Source: Cetorhinus maximus
Lineage: Eukaryota
NCBI RefSeq assembly: GCF_964194155.1
Contig: NC_135901.1
Location: 28,272,001-28,336,000, forward strand
Direction of reading: 5' to 3'
Length of the DNA stretch: 64,000 nucleotides
Under the pieces are notes generated by a model. The model was not told where the DNA came from. It worked only from the letters and a program-made list of their open reading frames with translations, and made no database searches. The position numbers were made by a program, and so were the translations under genes. Shown one piece after another: positions 1 through 12,021 of this stretch; position 1 is the stretch's first letter; each line of letters opens with the position of its first letter.

Positions 1-243
1 CTACAACCACCCGCCCCCACCACCCCCCCAACTTCTCTCCCCCCACGCCCCCCCTCGCCCCCCCACCTTAAACCAGCTTATATTTCACCCCTCCTATTTT
101 TACTTAGTTCTGTTGAAGGGTCATGAGGACTCGAAACGTCAACTCTTTTCTTCCCCGCCGATGCTGCCAGACCTGCTGAGCTTTTCCAGGTAATTCTGTT
201 TTTGTTTTGGATTTCCAGCATCCGCAGTAGTTTTTTGTTTTTA
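1..243 (+). mobile_element. 3' end (pLTR + T-rich tail) of a Penelope-like element inserted in a ZNF intron module
   Basis: Matches the pLTR ends at 16890-17091 and 11670-11850 (gatgctgccagacctgctgag...ttccagcatccgcag...gtttttat). Abuts the conserved module at cccaggtctctc. Confidence 0.85.
106..144 (+). ncRNA. Minimal type I hammerhead ribozyme-like motif in PLE pLTR
   Basis: AGUU-CUGUUGA-A-GGGUC-AUGAG-GACUC-GAAA-CG-UC-AACU: stem I, core (A6 replaced by U), stem II and a palindromic ACGU stem III. Confidence 0.7.
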
Positions 244-1294
244 TCCCCAGGTCTCTCTCTCCCTCTTAAAGATATTGACATCCTTTGCTCCCTCAGCTTG
301 ACACATTTATTTGTCTGGCTAAAAGGATGGTCTCTTTCCTATTGTTCACAATTAAAGGGGTGGTTTCCCCACGAGATGGCTGACATTTAAGGGACAGGGC
401 AGAGACATGTCCAGTGTTGCTATATGGTACATATTAGATATGTTATTTATGGTTCTGTAATAAAGTGCATTGATTGTTATTTGTAGTCTTCTAATATATT
501 ACTGTAGCTGTGTTACGTATTTCCAGTCATAGTCATTGCAGCTCTGAAAAATTCCTTGTGGGAATTTGAGTCCATGCTGACTCTCTGTAGAGCAATCCAG
601 TCAGTCCCATTCCCTCTTTATATTCCCGTTCCCCTGCAAGTTTATTTGCTTCAAGTGCCCACTCAATTCTCTGATTCCACCACCCTCGTAGGGAGCGGGT
701 TCCAGGTCATGATCATTTGCTACCTAAACAATGTTCTTCCTTGCATTGCCTGCATCTTAACCCAGTGAAACAGTCCTGTAGATTACACCCATTTTAAGAC
801 CAGTGATACAGGCATTATTTTTATTCACTGGGCAGCCCAAAGAAGAGAAGAAAGAATGTCCTATAGAAACTAGAATTGTGTGTTCTGAATTTCTATCCTG
901 CACTGAAAGTGATGACTTTTGTAAACTCCTTTTACAGGAAACTGGAAGCAGAGGATTTGCAGACAGAAATCTCACACCAAATGTCAGCCAGAACCTGACA
1001 GGGTCACTTGATTTAGCAGGACCTAAATATCATTGACTTTTGTTTCTAGAAAGAGAAATATTTGCCTGCTTCAAAAGGTTTTCAACATCAATGTGACTGA
1101 AAAAGCACCGAGATACACACACCCGAGTGAGAGTGTTCCAGTGCACTGACTGTCGAAAGAGCCTTAACCAGTTACACAGCCTGAAAAACACATCACACCA
1201 TTCACAGCAGGGAGAGACTGTACAAGTGTTCTGTGTGTGTGGACAAGGCATCAACTGATCATCAAACCTGCAGAGTCACAAGGACACCTGCATC

Positions 1295-1717
1295 ATGGAG
1301 AAACCATGGAAATGCGGGGACTGTGGGAAAGGATTCCGGTTCCCATCTGCGCTGGAAACTCATCAGCGCAGTCACACCAGGGGGAGGCCTTTCACCTGCT
1401 CTGAGTGTGGGAAGGAATTCAGTCAATTATCCCACCTGCAGACACACCAACGAGTTCACACCGGGGAGAGGCCATTCACCTGCTCCGTGTGTGGAAAGCG
1501 ATTAAAAAGCTCATAGAATCTTCTGCAACACCAGCGGGTTCACACCGGGGAGAGGCCATTTACCTGCTCTGAGTGTGGGAAGGGATTCTGTGCTTCATCC
1601 AATCTGCTGACCCACCAGCGAATTCACACTGGGGAGAGGCCGTTCACCTGCTCCCTGTGTGGGAAGGGATTCACTCATTCACCCCACTTGCTGAGACACC
1701 AGTGAGTACACAAGTGA
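1295..1717 (+). pseudogene. C2H2 ZNF gene Z1, 5 fingers, two premature stops
   Basis: [10 protein letters not shown] start and TGERPF linkers. TAG at 1514-1516 and a later CGA>TGA. The family stop cacaagTGA is at 1715-1717. Exon acceptor tttacag at ~937. Confidence 0.85.
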
Positions 1718-1879
1718 TTACAGGGGTTGGATTCTGCTATTATTACTTCTGTTGATCACGTCCAGGACTGAACCATGTTCATTCTAACAGTTGGTGAAGT
1801 GGGAGGGTCGGAGGGTTTCTTTTTGCTGGACAAGCCAGTCTGATGACTTTGCTTCCAGTGGGTTGATGCTCGTTCAACC

Positions 1880-2236
1880 TTGTTGCGAATATATTGGTTC
1901 ATATTTGAAATGGATCATAATATCAAAGGTGTTTTAAAGGTAAAATATATTTATTTGTTTTTCTGTTTGGAACTTCTCAAAGCATGCCGCGTTGCCACGG
2001 AGATGGGCTGTACAGGTTAGAAGTTTCTTTTGTTTAATTTATTTGCCTGTTTCTCAGAGAAGACAGTTACAGATTTCATCTTGTCCAGGCTACAGCTGAC
2101 TTCACTTCGTGTGAGGGGAAAATAAGTTGGACGATTTGCCCAGCTTTAAGCCAGAGGAGGAAATCTCCAGTGGTCCGAAAGGTGTGAGGAATGGAGTTTT
2201 TTAAAATATATATATTTTTGTGGCATATTGTGTTAT
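1880..2236 (+). mobile_element. LTR-like element start (TGTT...) inserted in the Z1 3'UTR
   Basis: Homologous to the insert at ~40631, and at the same 3'UTR position. The empty site is seen at ~61640. Confidence 0.5.
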
Positions 2237-2384
2237 NNNNNNNNNNNNNNNNNNNNNNNNNNNNNNNNNNNNNNNNNNNNNNNNNNNNNNNNNNNNNNNN
2301 NNNNNNNNNNNNNNNNNNNNNNNNNNNNNNNNNNNNNNNNNNNNNNNNNNNNNNNNNNNNNNNNNNNNNNNNNNNNNNNNNNNN
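2237..2384. other. Assembly gap (N run)
   Basis: Run of n bases. Confidence 1.
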
Positions 2385-3282
2385 TTAAGCTGGGCAAAAT
2401 TTAATAGAAGACAGGTTGTCTGAGGGGGTTTAAAACATGAAAGGATAAAGGTGTTAGATTTGAGGTACAAGTGAATAGGTTGGATCTAACATTTGCATTA
2501 TTAGATAAATTGAGTTTGTTTGAATATCAAAGGGAAGTCAGAGGTACAAAGAAACATGTTTGTATCTTGCAGGAGTTCCACAGGTAAACAGAAGAGGGTA
2601 TATGACATTGTATTGACCCAAAAGCAGAGGAAAAAATAGAAACACAAAAGATTTTATATTTGGAAGGATTTGAGGTTCAAAGAGGTGTGAGAACAATGGA
2701 ACATGAGGTGAAAGTGGGGGGGAAAAGATATTTTAGAGTTACTGGAGCTGACTTGAGAGCTGTTAGCTGTAGCTTTAGGCTGGGGGAAGAGGTAGTTTGA
2801 ATCAGCATCCAGTCAAACCAGAGAAGTCTTGGGCTGCAACAGTCCTGTTCTGAAGGCTTGGATTTCCACAGCAGAGTGGAAGGGAGTTACAGGTCATGTG
2901 GTATGCTTTTATGAAAGTTACAGCAGTTTGCCTTAGGTGATATTACTGGATTTTTATAGTTCAGCATCTATAAGCGTGTGTTGCCTGGAAAGTGTTTACT
3001 TGTGGGTCTGACCAAGTAGGGAGTCTTTTGGGGGATTGTGTTATAAGACTAATTTGAACTGTGCAACTGTAATCTTGTGTGCATAAGTTTTTGTTTATTC
3101 TTGTTAATAAATAATTTACTTTTAATTTTTAAAATCCCAAATCTCTTACTGGACTTGTTGCTGCTGCGATCAGTACGTTTACTTTCTAATTTTCAGAATA
3201 CAAAAAAGGGTATGGCCTGTAAGCCAAGTTTCCCTCTGGGATTTGGTTTGTGCAGCAGTTAACATCAGCTGTGGTTGTAACA
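2385..3282 (+). mobile_element. LTR fragment, related to the 7344-8281 solo LTR
   Basis: Shared tgttaataaa...gccaagtttccc...gatttggt and terminal TAACA. Confidence 0.5.
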
Positions 3283-3619
3283 ATGGTGAAAAGCAGTTGG
3301 CCTTGTGGCAGAAGGCAATCAGCTTGAACCGTTAGCTTGGACAGAGCTGTGAAGAAGCTTTGGGAGCCGACTGGGAAAAAGCAGTTGGTCTGTCCAATGT
3401 CAGCTCAAGAAGGCAGTGGAATCCTCACAGAGGGAAAGAACTCTGGAAGTCTGAGTGCCAGGCTGGGAAACTGGGGAGAAATCAAAGTAAATTCCAGAGG
3501 GCTGTGGCATACCTTCGGGTTGGTCCCAAAAGAATGTGAATGAACCATCAAGATTTCAAAAGAGAAGGGAACTCTTAGGGAGGAAGTGAAGGGAAAACTA
3601 GATTCATTACCCTGTTAGA

Positions 3620-3870
3620 TGTTGCAGTTTGGTTTGAGATTTCTGTCTGCAAAACTTCCCCTTCTAATATCCTGTAAAAGGAATTTACAAAGTCATGGCT
3701 GTCAGTAAGGATACAAATTCAGAACAGACAATTCTAGTTTCTTGGGAGCATTCCTTCCTCTCCATCCCAAACATTTAGCCCCCAGAATGAGAAAAGAAAT
3801 AGAAAGGGGGAAATATTGATTTCCTCACAGATGTTGCCCAGAGGAGGAAGTTTTAGTCTGAAGCTCATTG
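3620..3870 (-). pseudogene. Truncated ZNF unit: exon 1 fused by deletion to the last-exon acceptor, fingers lost
   Basis: On the minus strand, cagactaaaacttcctcctctgggcaacatct|gtgagg is followed by ttttacag|gatattagaaggggaag, as in the intact paralogues. Confidence 0.65.
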
Positions 3871-4472
3871 TCCAACTTCCGCATTGTGACTTCCACAATG
3901 GAACCCTGCCTGAATCAGCCAATATGAATCACTCTGCTCCGCGGTGACGTCCTCGGGTTCCAGGCTGCAGACCAGGCGCGCGAACACGGGAGCCCCGCCC
4001 CCACCCATTGTTCCCCCTCCCCCTCCTCGAGCCAAGGTTTCCAGGCAACCGGCTGACGGCTGCTTCCAGAGCGAGAAGCCGCTCGGAGAACTCGGGAGAG
4101 GGGAAGCTGCGCATGTGCGGGAGAGAGCCCGCCCCCTTCCCTTCATGCTGAGGGCTTGACCAATGGCAAGATTTGAAGGACCGGAAGGGCTCTGGTCCTC
4201 CAGCCAATCAGAGTGCGGGCTTTGTGTGAATGAAGATTGAGCTTCACACAGACTAAAACCTCCTCCTGTGTCCAACATCTGTGAGTAAAACACTTTCTTT
4301 TCTCCCCCTTTCCATTGCTTTTCTCATTCTGGGGGGAAATTGTTGACTTGCAGGAACTGAAGGGAAAGGAAGTGAATCCAGGGAGGGTGCAGACTCTGGA
4401 AAGGTTGGCCCAGGTCTCTCTCTCTCTTACAGACATTGACATCCTTTGCTCCCTCAGCTTTACACATTTATT
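3870..4472. promoter_or_regulatory. Bidirectional CpG promoter plus exon1/mini-exon module (orphaned)
   Basis: CCAAT boxes, X-box-like gtttccaggcaac, NRF1-like gcgcatgtgc, GC box and ccggaag. Donor GTGAGT at 4281, acceptor at 4353, 50-nt exon 4354-4403. Confidence 0.7.
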
Positions 4473-4475
4473 TAA

Positions 4476-4808
4476 CCGCACACCATCCTGCTCTCATGCC
4501 CACATGTCTGTCCTTAGCCTGCTGCAATGTTCCAGTGAAGCCCAACGCAAGCTGGACGAACAGCACCTCATCTTCCGATTAGGCACTTTACAGCCTTCCG
4601 GACTTAACATTGAGTTCAACAACTTCAGACCATGAACTCCCTCCTCCATTCCCACCCCTTTGTGATCCCCATTTTTCAATATTCATTTTTAATTTTTATT
4701 CACTTATTTTTATATATTTCAATCTCTATTCATTGTTTTATCCCCACCTTATCTTATTTTCAATCTTTTTTCCCACCAATGTCCCCCCCCCCGCTTCACC
4801 ACCCCCCC
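4476..4808 (+). mobile_element. 5'-truncated PLE fragment (GIY-YIG C-terminus + 3'UTR)
   Basis: RKLDEQHLIFRLGTLQPSGLNIEFNNFR, the same C-terminus as the other PLE copies. Confidence 0.85.
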
Positions 4809-4809
4809 A

Positions 4810-5288
4810 ATTTACTTTTGTTGGTAAGTGACAATGCTAAGACCAGACCTTGTTTCCTCTTTGGTAGGGACGTAACCCGTGTCCACATATCCGCTTCATT
4901 CACACTGGTCGTGTGGCTCAGACTCCGAGAACATCGGCGGGTAATCAGACCCTGACAATTTCCACTTGCTTTCAGCCATTTCTCACAAAAGCTACTCGGG
5001 TTGTAAGCCTCTGTTTAATATTTTATTTTCCTCTAGTTACCAACATTCACCATTAGACAAGCATTCTCTGTTACCATGTTATAATGTTGACAGCCTGATG
5101 GCGAAGGAAGAAACTGGAGCTAATCTTTACTTGGTATAGATTTATTCACCGAGTGAAACATTACAGGTATATACCTTTTGACTTGACTCCACTCTATGTC
5201 AGTAAGGGTCTCCTTATATGTGCTCAAGTAACGATCTAATACATGATGTCCACCCGTATATACTTAACCTCAATTCACACAATCAACA
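4810..5288 (-). mobile_element. GalEa-like Ty1/Copia 5' LTR (5077-5288), PBS and gag start
   Basis: 212-bp TG...CA LTR with AATAAA and PBS TGGTAACAGAG (tRNAiMet-like). gag MAESKWKLSG starts at 4979. Inverted paralogue of the copy starting at 17675. Confidence 0.7.
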
Positions 5289-5315
5289 GCCACAGTCAGG
5301 GCATCTAAAAGGTCT

Positions 5316-6410
5316 CTAATCGGTGTGACTGTCACGGTGTGTCAGCAGCTCGGATGAACAGGTGAATCCCTTCCCACACTCAGAGCAGGTAAATGGCCTC
5401 TCCCTGGTGTGAATTCGCTGGTGTCTCAGCAGGGTGGATCGATCACTGAATCCCTTCCCACACTCAGAGCAGGTGAATGGCTTCTCCCCAGTGTGAACTC
5501 GCTGGTGTGTCAGCAGATGGGATGACTGGGTGAATCCCTTCCCACACTCAGAGCAGGTGAATGGCCTCTCACCGGTGTGAACTCGCTGGTGTGTCAGCAG
5601 ATCGGATGACCGAGTGAATCCCTTCCCACACTCAGGGCAGGTGAACGGCCTCTCCCCGGTGTGAACTCGCTTGTGTGTCTGCAGCGTGGATGGCCGAGGG
5701 AATCCCTTCCCACACACGTAACAGATGAATGGCCTCTCCCCAGTGTGAAACCGCTGGTGAGCCAGCAGGTCGCATGACCGAGTGAATCTCTTCCCGCATT
5801 CAGAACAGACGAGCCAGTCCCCGGTGTGAACACGCTGGTGTGTCAGCAGGTAGGATGACCGAGTGAATCCCTTCCCACACTCAGAGCAGGTGAATGGCCT
5901 CTCCCCGCTGTGAACTCGCTTGTGCATGAGCAGGGAGGATGAATCACTGAATCCCTTCCCACACTCCAAGCAGGTGAACGGCCTCTCCCCAGTGTGAACT
6001 CGCTGGTGTCTCCGCAGGTGGGATGAATTACTGAATCCCTTCCCACACTCAGAACAGGTGAACGGTCTCTCCCCAGTGTGAACTCGCTGGTGTGATTGCA
6101 GGCTGAATAACTGTCTGAATCCCTTCCCACAGTCAGGGCAAGTGAACGGTCTCGCCCCAGTGTGAACTCGCTGGTGTGACTGCAGGCTGAATAACTGACA
6201 GAATCCTTTCCCACACTCAGGGCAGGTGAATGGCCTCTCCCTGGTGTGAACCCGCTGGTGTGACTGCAGGTGAGATGACCGAGTGAATCCCTTCCCACAC
6301 TCAGAGCAGGTGAATGGCCTCTCCCCGGTGTGACTGCGCCAATGAATTTCCAACGCAGATGGGTATTTGAATCCCTTCCCACAGTCCCCACATTTCCACG
6401 GTTTCTCCAT
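5316..6410 (-). CDS. C2H2 zinc-finger protein Z2, 13 tandem fingers, no effector domain
   Basis: Intact 364-aa ORF of CxxC-x12-HxxxH repeats with TGERPF linkers. Upstream exons at 8873-8922 and ~8995-9040; last-exon acceptor at 6763. Confidence 0.92.
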   Translation of the reverse strand: MEKPWKCGDCGKGFKYPSALEIHWRSHTGERPFTCSECGKGFTRSSHLQSHQRVHTRERPFTCPECGKGFCQLFSLQSHQRVHTGARPFTCPDCGKGFRQLFSLQSHQRVHTGERPFTCSECGKGFSNSSHLRRHQRVHTGERPFTCLECGKGFSDSSSLLMHKRVHSGERPFTCSECGKGFTRSSYLLTHQRVHTGDWLVCSECGKRFTRSCDLLAHQRFHTGERPFICYVCGKGFPRPSTLQTHKRVHTGERPFTCPECGKGFTRSSDLLTHQRVHTGERPFTCSECGKGFTQSSHLLTHQRVHTGEKPFTCSECGKGFSDRSTLLRHQRIHTRERPFTCSECGKGFTCSSELLTHRDSHTD

Positions 6411-7343
6411 GGTGCGCGTATCCTTGTGTCTCTCCAGGTGCTACGATCAGCTGAAGCCTCGTGCTCACACAGAACACGTGTACAGTCTCTCTCCGCTGTG
6501 AATGGTGATGTTTTTCTCAAGCTGCGTAACTGGTTAAAATTGTTCCCACAGTCAGTCTCTCACTCGGGTGTGTGTGTCTCGGTGCTTTTCCAGTCACACT
6601 GATGCTTAAAACCTTTTGAAGCAGACAGAACAGACAAACATTTCTCCTTCCAGATTCAAAGGCTGATCATATTCAGGTCCCGATGAGTCGGGTGAGTCTG
6701 TCAAATCTTGACGTGATGTTTGGTTTGAGATTTCTGTCAGCAAATCCTCTCCTTCTAATATCCTGCTAAAGGAGTTTACAAAAGTCATTATTGTCAGTAC
6801 AGGTTAGAAATTCAGAACAGACAATTCTAATTTCTGTGGAACATTCTTTCATCTCTCATTCCCCAAAAGCAGTAAATCCCCATCCCACACGCTCTCACTC
6901 CATTCTCACTCTGCTGCACCTAAGATACACCCAACATTACTGCACTAAAAATGTGTCTAATACACAGTGCTCAATTACATGATTAGAGATTCATGGTGCT
7001 GTGGGGATGAACTTTATTTCAACAGCCAGTGGTGATGTCCTGGAACCCACCGCCTATGAGGGTGGTGGTTCCAGAGACGATCAATAATTTCTAAATGAAA
7101 TTGAATTGACACTTGAAGGAAATGAACATGCAGGGGAACGGGGGTATAGAAGGGGAATGGGATTGACTGGATAGCTCTACAGAGAGTTGGTATGGACTCG
7201 AGTTGTCAAATGGACTCCTTCTGTGTCAGAATTACTCCATCATTGGAAATATATTAAGTAGCTACAGGACTGTCCTCCAAGACTAGAAGGATAACAAATG
7301 AACTTTATGACAAAACTTTCAATAATATATCTAAAGTTTCCCC

Positions 7344-8281
7344 CGTTACAGAAGTATAATAATTTTCATAATATTATTCTGGTTTATTGTCGAGTTGGTT
7401 TATGAGTGTGAGCGTGGATGGTTCTCTCTGTGTGATTTAACTACATTTGGAGTCAGGGAAACTGCAAGCTTGAAATTATCAAAAGAAGTTAGGTGTAGAA
7501 ATGTACTTGAAATGCTAATGAGTAAACATCAATGGGGTCCTAGCATGTAAGGTGTGAAGGGAATTTGCGTTTCTAATGCAGTGAAGGGGTTGTTTGGATT
7601 TCAAACGGATGTTAGGATTTTTACAACTAGCCAGATGAGCAAGGCTAAGCGTTGTGTTCATTTTTCCCAAAGGTTACTGATAATATTGGCAACATAAAAG
7701 ATTGCTATGGTATGGGAAAGGTAAAGATCCAAAGACCTATGGAACAATGGAATTTACATATTAAAGAGAGAGAAACATATATAAAGGAGAATGAAAGGCT
7801 TTGTTGGGGGGGGCCAAGTAAGATATAACAGGAGTGTATGAAACAGCCTTCGGGAAGCTTCCACCCATTTGTGCATAAGTCTACTGTGTCCAGAAACTAA
7901 AGTTGAAGACAAGCTTTTGGAATTCCTCTGTCAAGTGGGTACTGTGGTAACTTGCTGACTTATTTTTAAATTTAAAATCTATTTTGGATTGTTGCCTTAA
8001 AGGGGGTGTGTAATTTAGAGTCAGGTCAATTAGGAATTTGAGGATTTGTTACAGTTTTGAGTAATTGTAATCTAATGTATGTGCTTGAAATCTTTCCTTT
8101 TGTTAATAAATATTTTAATTTCATGTTTAAAATCTCTAAAGGTCTTAGTGGACTCCTTGTTTCTGAATTCAGTGCACACATCTTGTAATAAATACAAATT
8201 GCAAAACTGTTGTGATAGCGTGGCCAAGTTTCCCTTGTGGATTTGGTCCACCTGGCACACATCATCTCCCACATCATAACA
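7344..8281 (+). mobile_element. Solo LTR in the Z2 intron
   Basis: Absent from the inverted paralogous intron (~14240). (T>C)GTTA...TAACA ends, cccc TSD and AATAAA at ~8105. Confidence 0.65.
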
Positions 8282-8719
8282 CCCCAATCACAACATTAGA
8301 CATATCTTTGTCCTCTCATACTGTATTGTCCAGGGGGCAGAACTCTAATGAAATAAAATAAGGGACAACTTCAGCCATGGGGGTGGCATGGGTGGGGGTG
8401 AGATGCTTGTGCCGTGAAGCAGGTTGGGGGTGTTTGCGTTTCAATATGAGAGGGGCTGGGGAGGAGGTGTCTAGAGACAATAATAGTGGGAGCGGTGGGG
8501 TTTAAAATCAACTAAAACTTACAACGGTTCTTGTTCAGTCACATCATCATCATCTCTCTGCTGGCCGACTCACTCACTTGCTGTCCCACTCGAATCATCA
8601 AACTGACCCTAAAGACTCAGGGATCAGTTTCTCACAGGCAGTCCTAAAAATATGGGCAAAAATACAAAATAAGGAGGAATCCCTTAAAATACAGGACAGT
8701 TAATCACCGTAAAATTGAC

Positions 8720-9447
8720 GCCTTAAATGTCCGCCACCTCCTGGGGAAACCACCCCTTTTATTGTGAACATTAGGAAAGAGACCATCCTTTTAGCCGGAC
8801 AAATAAATGTGTCAAGCTGAGGGAGCAAAGGATGTCAATTTCTTTAAGAGAGAGAGAGAGACCTGGGCCAACCTTTCCAGAGTCTGCACCCTCCCTGGAT
8901 TCACTTCCTTTCCCTTCAGTTCCTGCAAGTTAACAATTTCCCCCCAGAATAAAAGAAATGGAAAGGGGGAGAAAAGAAAGTGTTTTACTCACAGATGGTG
9001 GACACAGGAGGAAGTTTTAATCTTCATTCACACAAAGCCCGCGCTTTGATTGGCTGGAGGACCAGAGTCCTTCCGGTCCTCCAACTCTTTCCAAAGGTCA
9101 GTCCCTCAGCATGACGGGAATGGGCGGGCTCTTCCCCGCACATGCGCAGTTCCCCCTCTCCCGAGTTCTCCGAGCGGCTTCTCGCTCTGGTCGGAGCCGG
9201 TTGCCTGGAAACCTTGGCTCGAGGAGGGGGAGGGGGAACAATGGTGGGGGGGCGGGGCCCCCGTGTCCGCGCGCCGGGCCCCCGTGTCCGCGCGCCGGGC
9301 CCCCGTGTCCGCGCGCCGGGCCCCCGTGTCCGCGCGCCGGGCCCCCGTGTCCGCGCGCCGGGCCCCCGTGTCCGCGCGCCGGGCCCCCGTGTCCGCGCGC
9401 CGGGCCCCCGTGTCCGCGCGCCGGGCCTGCAGACTGGTACCCGAGGA
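8720..9447 (-). promoter_or_regulatory. Z2 promoter, exon 1 and mini-exon module
   Basis: Reverse complement of 3950-4472 with the same motifs. Confidence 0.75.
9255..9427. repeat. Perfect 21-bp GC-rich tandem repeat x8
   Basis: (gggcccccgtgtccgcgcgcc)8. It is single-copy at the paralogous sites ~3970-3995 and ~55390-55415. Confidence 0.97.
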
Positions 9448-9543
9448 TAAAAGCAAAAAACTGCGGATGCTGGAAATCCAAAACAAAAATAAAAATACCT
9501 GGAAAAACTCAGCAGGTCTGACAGCATCTGCGGAGGGGAACAC

Positions 9544-11050
9544 TTTTTTTTGCAAAAATATACTTTATTCATGAAATATCTTCAACCACATTCCAAACCA
9601 TTTCAAAATCACCATCACAAAGGTACAATCAGGTTCAACTTTTACAAAATGTATCACAAGGTGCATCAGTACAAACAATGAATATTACAATCATTTGCAG
9701 ATATTCATTTTGAGCTGTACATCCCGAGGGGCTATACACAGTTCCCAGTCCCTCGGTGCCCTGTGGCAGAAAGGTCTTAGACAGCGACCCTTCCCCATTG
9801 GCCCTTTGCGGCAGCTGCCCCAAGCTTTAGTGCGTCCCTCAGCACATAGTCCTGGACTTTGGAATGTGCCAGTCTGCAACACTCGGTCGGGGAAAACTCT
9901 TTGCGCTGGAAGACCAACAAGTTTCGGGCAGACCAAAGCGCGTCTTTCACCGAGTCGATGATCCTCCAGTTGATGTTTGTCTCGCTGTGTGTCCCTGGGA
10001 ACAGCCCATAGAGCACAGAGTCCTGTGTCACAGAACTGCTCGGGATGAACCTCGACAGAAACCACTTCATCTCTCTCCAGACCTTCTTTGCAAAGGCACA
10101 ATCTACAAGGAGGTGAACAACGGTCTCTTCCCCATCACAGCAACCTCGAGGGCATCGTGCCGAGGGGGTGAGACTCCTGGCGTGTAGGAAGGATCTGACG
10201 GGGAGGGCCTTTCTCACCACCAGCCAAGCTACGTCTTGGTGCTTGTTGGAAAGTTCTGGCGATGAGGCATTCTGCCAAATGACTGACAGTCTGCTCGGGG
10301 AACCATCCCACAGGATCCACCCTCTCCTTTTCCCTCAGGGCCTCTAAGACGTTACATGCCGACCACTGCCTGATGGACTTGTGGTCAAAGGTGTTTTTCT
10401 GCATAAATTTTTCCACGAGGGACAGGTGGTACGGCACGGTCCAACTACTTGGAGCGTTCCGCGGCAGCATGGCCAGACCCATCCTTCGCAACACCGGGGA
10501 CAGGTAGAACCTCAGCATGTAGTGACACTTGGTGTTTGCGTACTGAGGGTCTACACACCGCTTGTTGCAGCCAAACACAAAGGTGGCCATCAGTATGAGG
10601 GCGATGTTGGGCACGTTTTTCCCCCCTTTATCTAGAGGCTTGTACATCGCGTCCCTGCGGACACGATCCATTTTTGACCTCCAGATAAAGCGGAAGATGG
10701 CTCGAGTGATCGCCACCACGCAGGAGTGTGGAATGGGCCAGACCTGCGCCACGTACAGCAACAGCGAGAATGCCTCACACCTGATGACCAGGTTCTTACC
10801 CATAATGGAGAGGGAGCGTTGCTCCCACATGCCCAGTTTCCTTTTCACCATAGACACTCGCTTCTTTCAGTTTCTAACGCATGCCCTGGTCCCTCCGAAC
10901 CATATCCCCAGCACCTTCAGGCCATCAGCCCTGACAGTGAAGGGGACAAAGGATCGGTCAGCCCAGTTCCCAAAGAACATGACCTCGCTCTTCCCACGGT
11001 TTACCTTGGCTCCCGAGGCCAGTTCGAACTGGTCGCAGATGTGGATCAGT
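9544..11050 (-). mobile_element. 5'-truncated L1/Tx1-clade LINE nested in the PLE
   Basis: RT C-terminus (FELASGAKVNRGKS...LGIWF) and CCHC zf-RVT (CPRGC...ETVVHLLVDC), then AATAAA and poly(A), seen as poly-T at 9544. Confidence 0.85.
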
Positions 11051-12021
11051 CTGGAAAAAACAAAAAGGAGGGGGAAAAATCGGAAAGGGGGTGGGGATGG
11101 AGGAGAGAGTTCATGATCTAAAATTGTTGAACTCAATATTCAGTCCGAAAGGCTGTAAAGTGCCGAGTTGGAAGATGAGGTGCTGTTCCTCCAGTTTGCA
11201 TTGAGCTTTACTGGAACAATGCAGCAAGCCAAGGACGGACATGTGGGCATAAGAGCAGGGTGGAGTGTTGAAATGGCAAGCGACAGGGAGATCTGGGTAA
11301 TGCTTGCGGACAGAACGAAGGTGTTCTGTAAAGTGGTCACCCAGTCGCCCCTTTCTGATTTTTCCCCCTCCTTTTTGTTTTTTCCAATAATTTATATAGA
11401 TTTTTCTTTTCCCACCTATTTCCATTATTTTTAAATGTATTTCCATCCATTGTTTTATCTCTACCTTTTAGCCTTTTTCGATTCCTTCACCCCACCCCAC
11501 CCCACCCCCACTAGGGTTATCTGTACCTTGCTTGTCCTGCTTTCTACCCTTAATTAGCACATTCCTTTAGATAATATCACCACCTTCAACACCTCTTTGT
11601 CCTTTTGTCTATGACATCTTCTGGTTGTCTCCTCCTATCACTGGCCCTCTATGCAGCTCTCTTGTCCCAACCCCCCCTTAAACCAGCTTATATTTCACCC
11701 CTTTTCTATTTTTCCTTAGTTCTGGTGAAGATTCATGCGGACTTAACTGTTCCTCTCCACAGATGCTGCCAGACCTGCTGAGTTTTTCCAGGTATTTTTA
11801 TTTTTGTTTTTGTTTTCGATTTCCAGCATCCGCAGTTTTTTGCTTTTATCTTAAGGTACAGATAGCCCTGGGGGAAGGGATCGAAATAGGCTAAAAGGTA
11901 GAGATAAAACAATGGATGGAAATTCATTTAAAAATAATGGAAATAGGTGGTAAAATAAAAATCTATATAAATTATTGGAAAAAAGGGGGATCAGAAAGTG
12001 GGTGGGGATGGAGGAGAGAGT

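Noticed and set aside
2191-2470. ORFs spanning X residues
   Set aside because: They run through the assembly gap.
5594-6602. Alternative-frame and antisense ORFs over ZNF arrays (also at Z4, Z6, Z8)
   Set aside because: Shadow ORFs from the 84-bp finger periodicity.
9024-9574. Six overlapping repetitive ORFs
   Set aside because: They result from a stop-free 21-bp GC repeat in a promoter.
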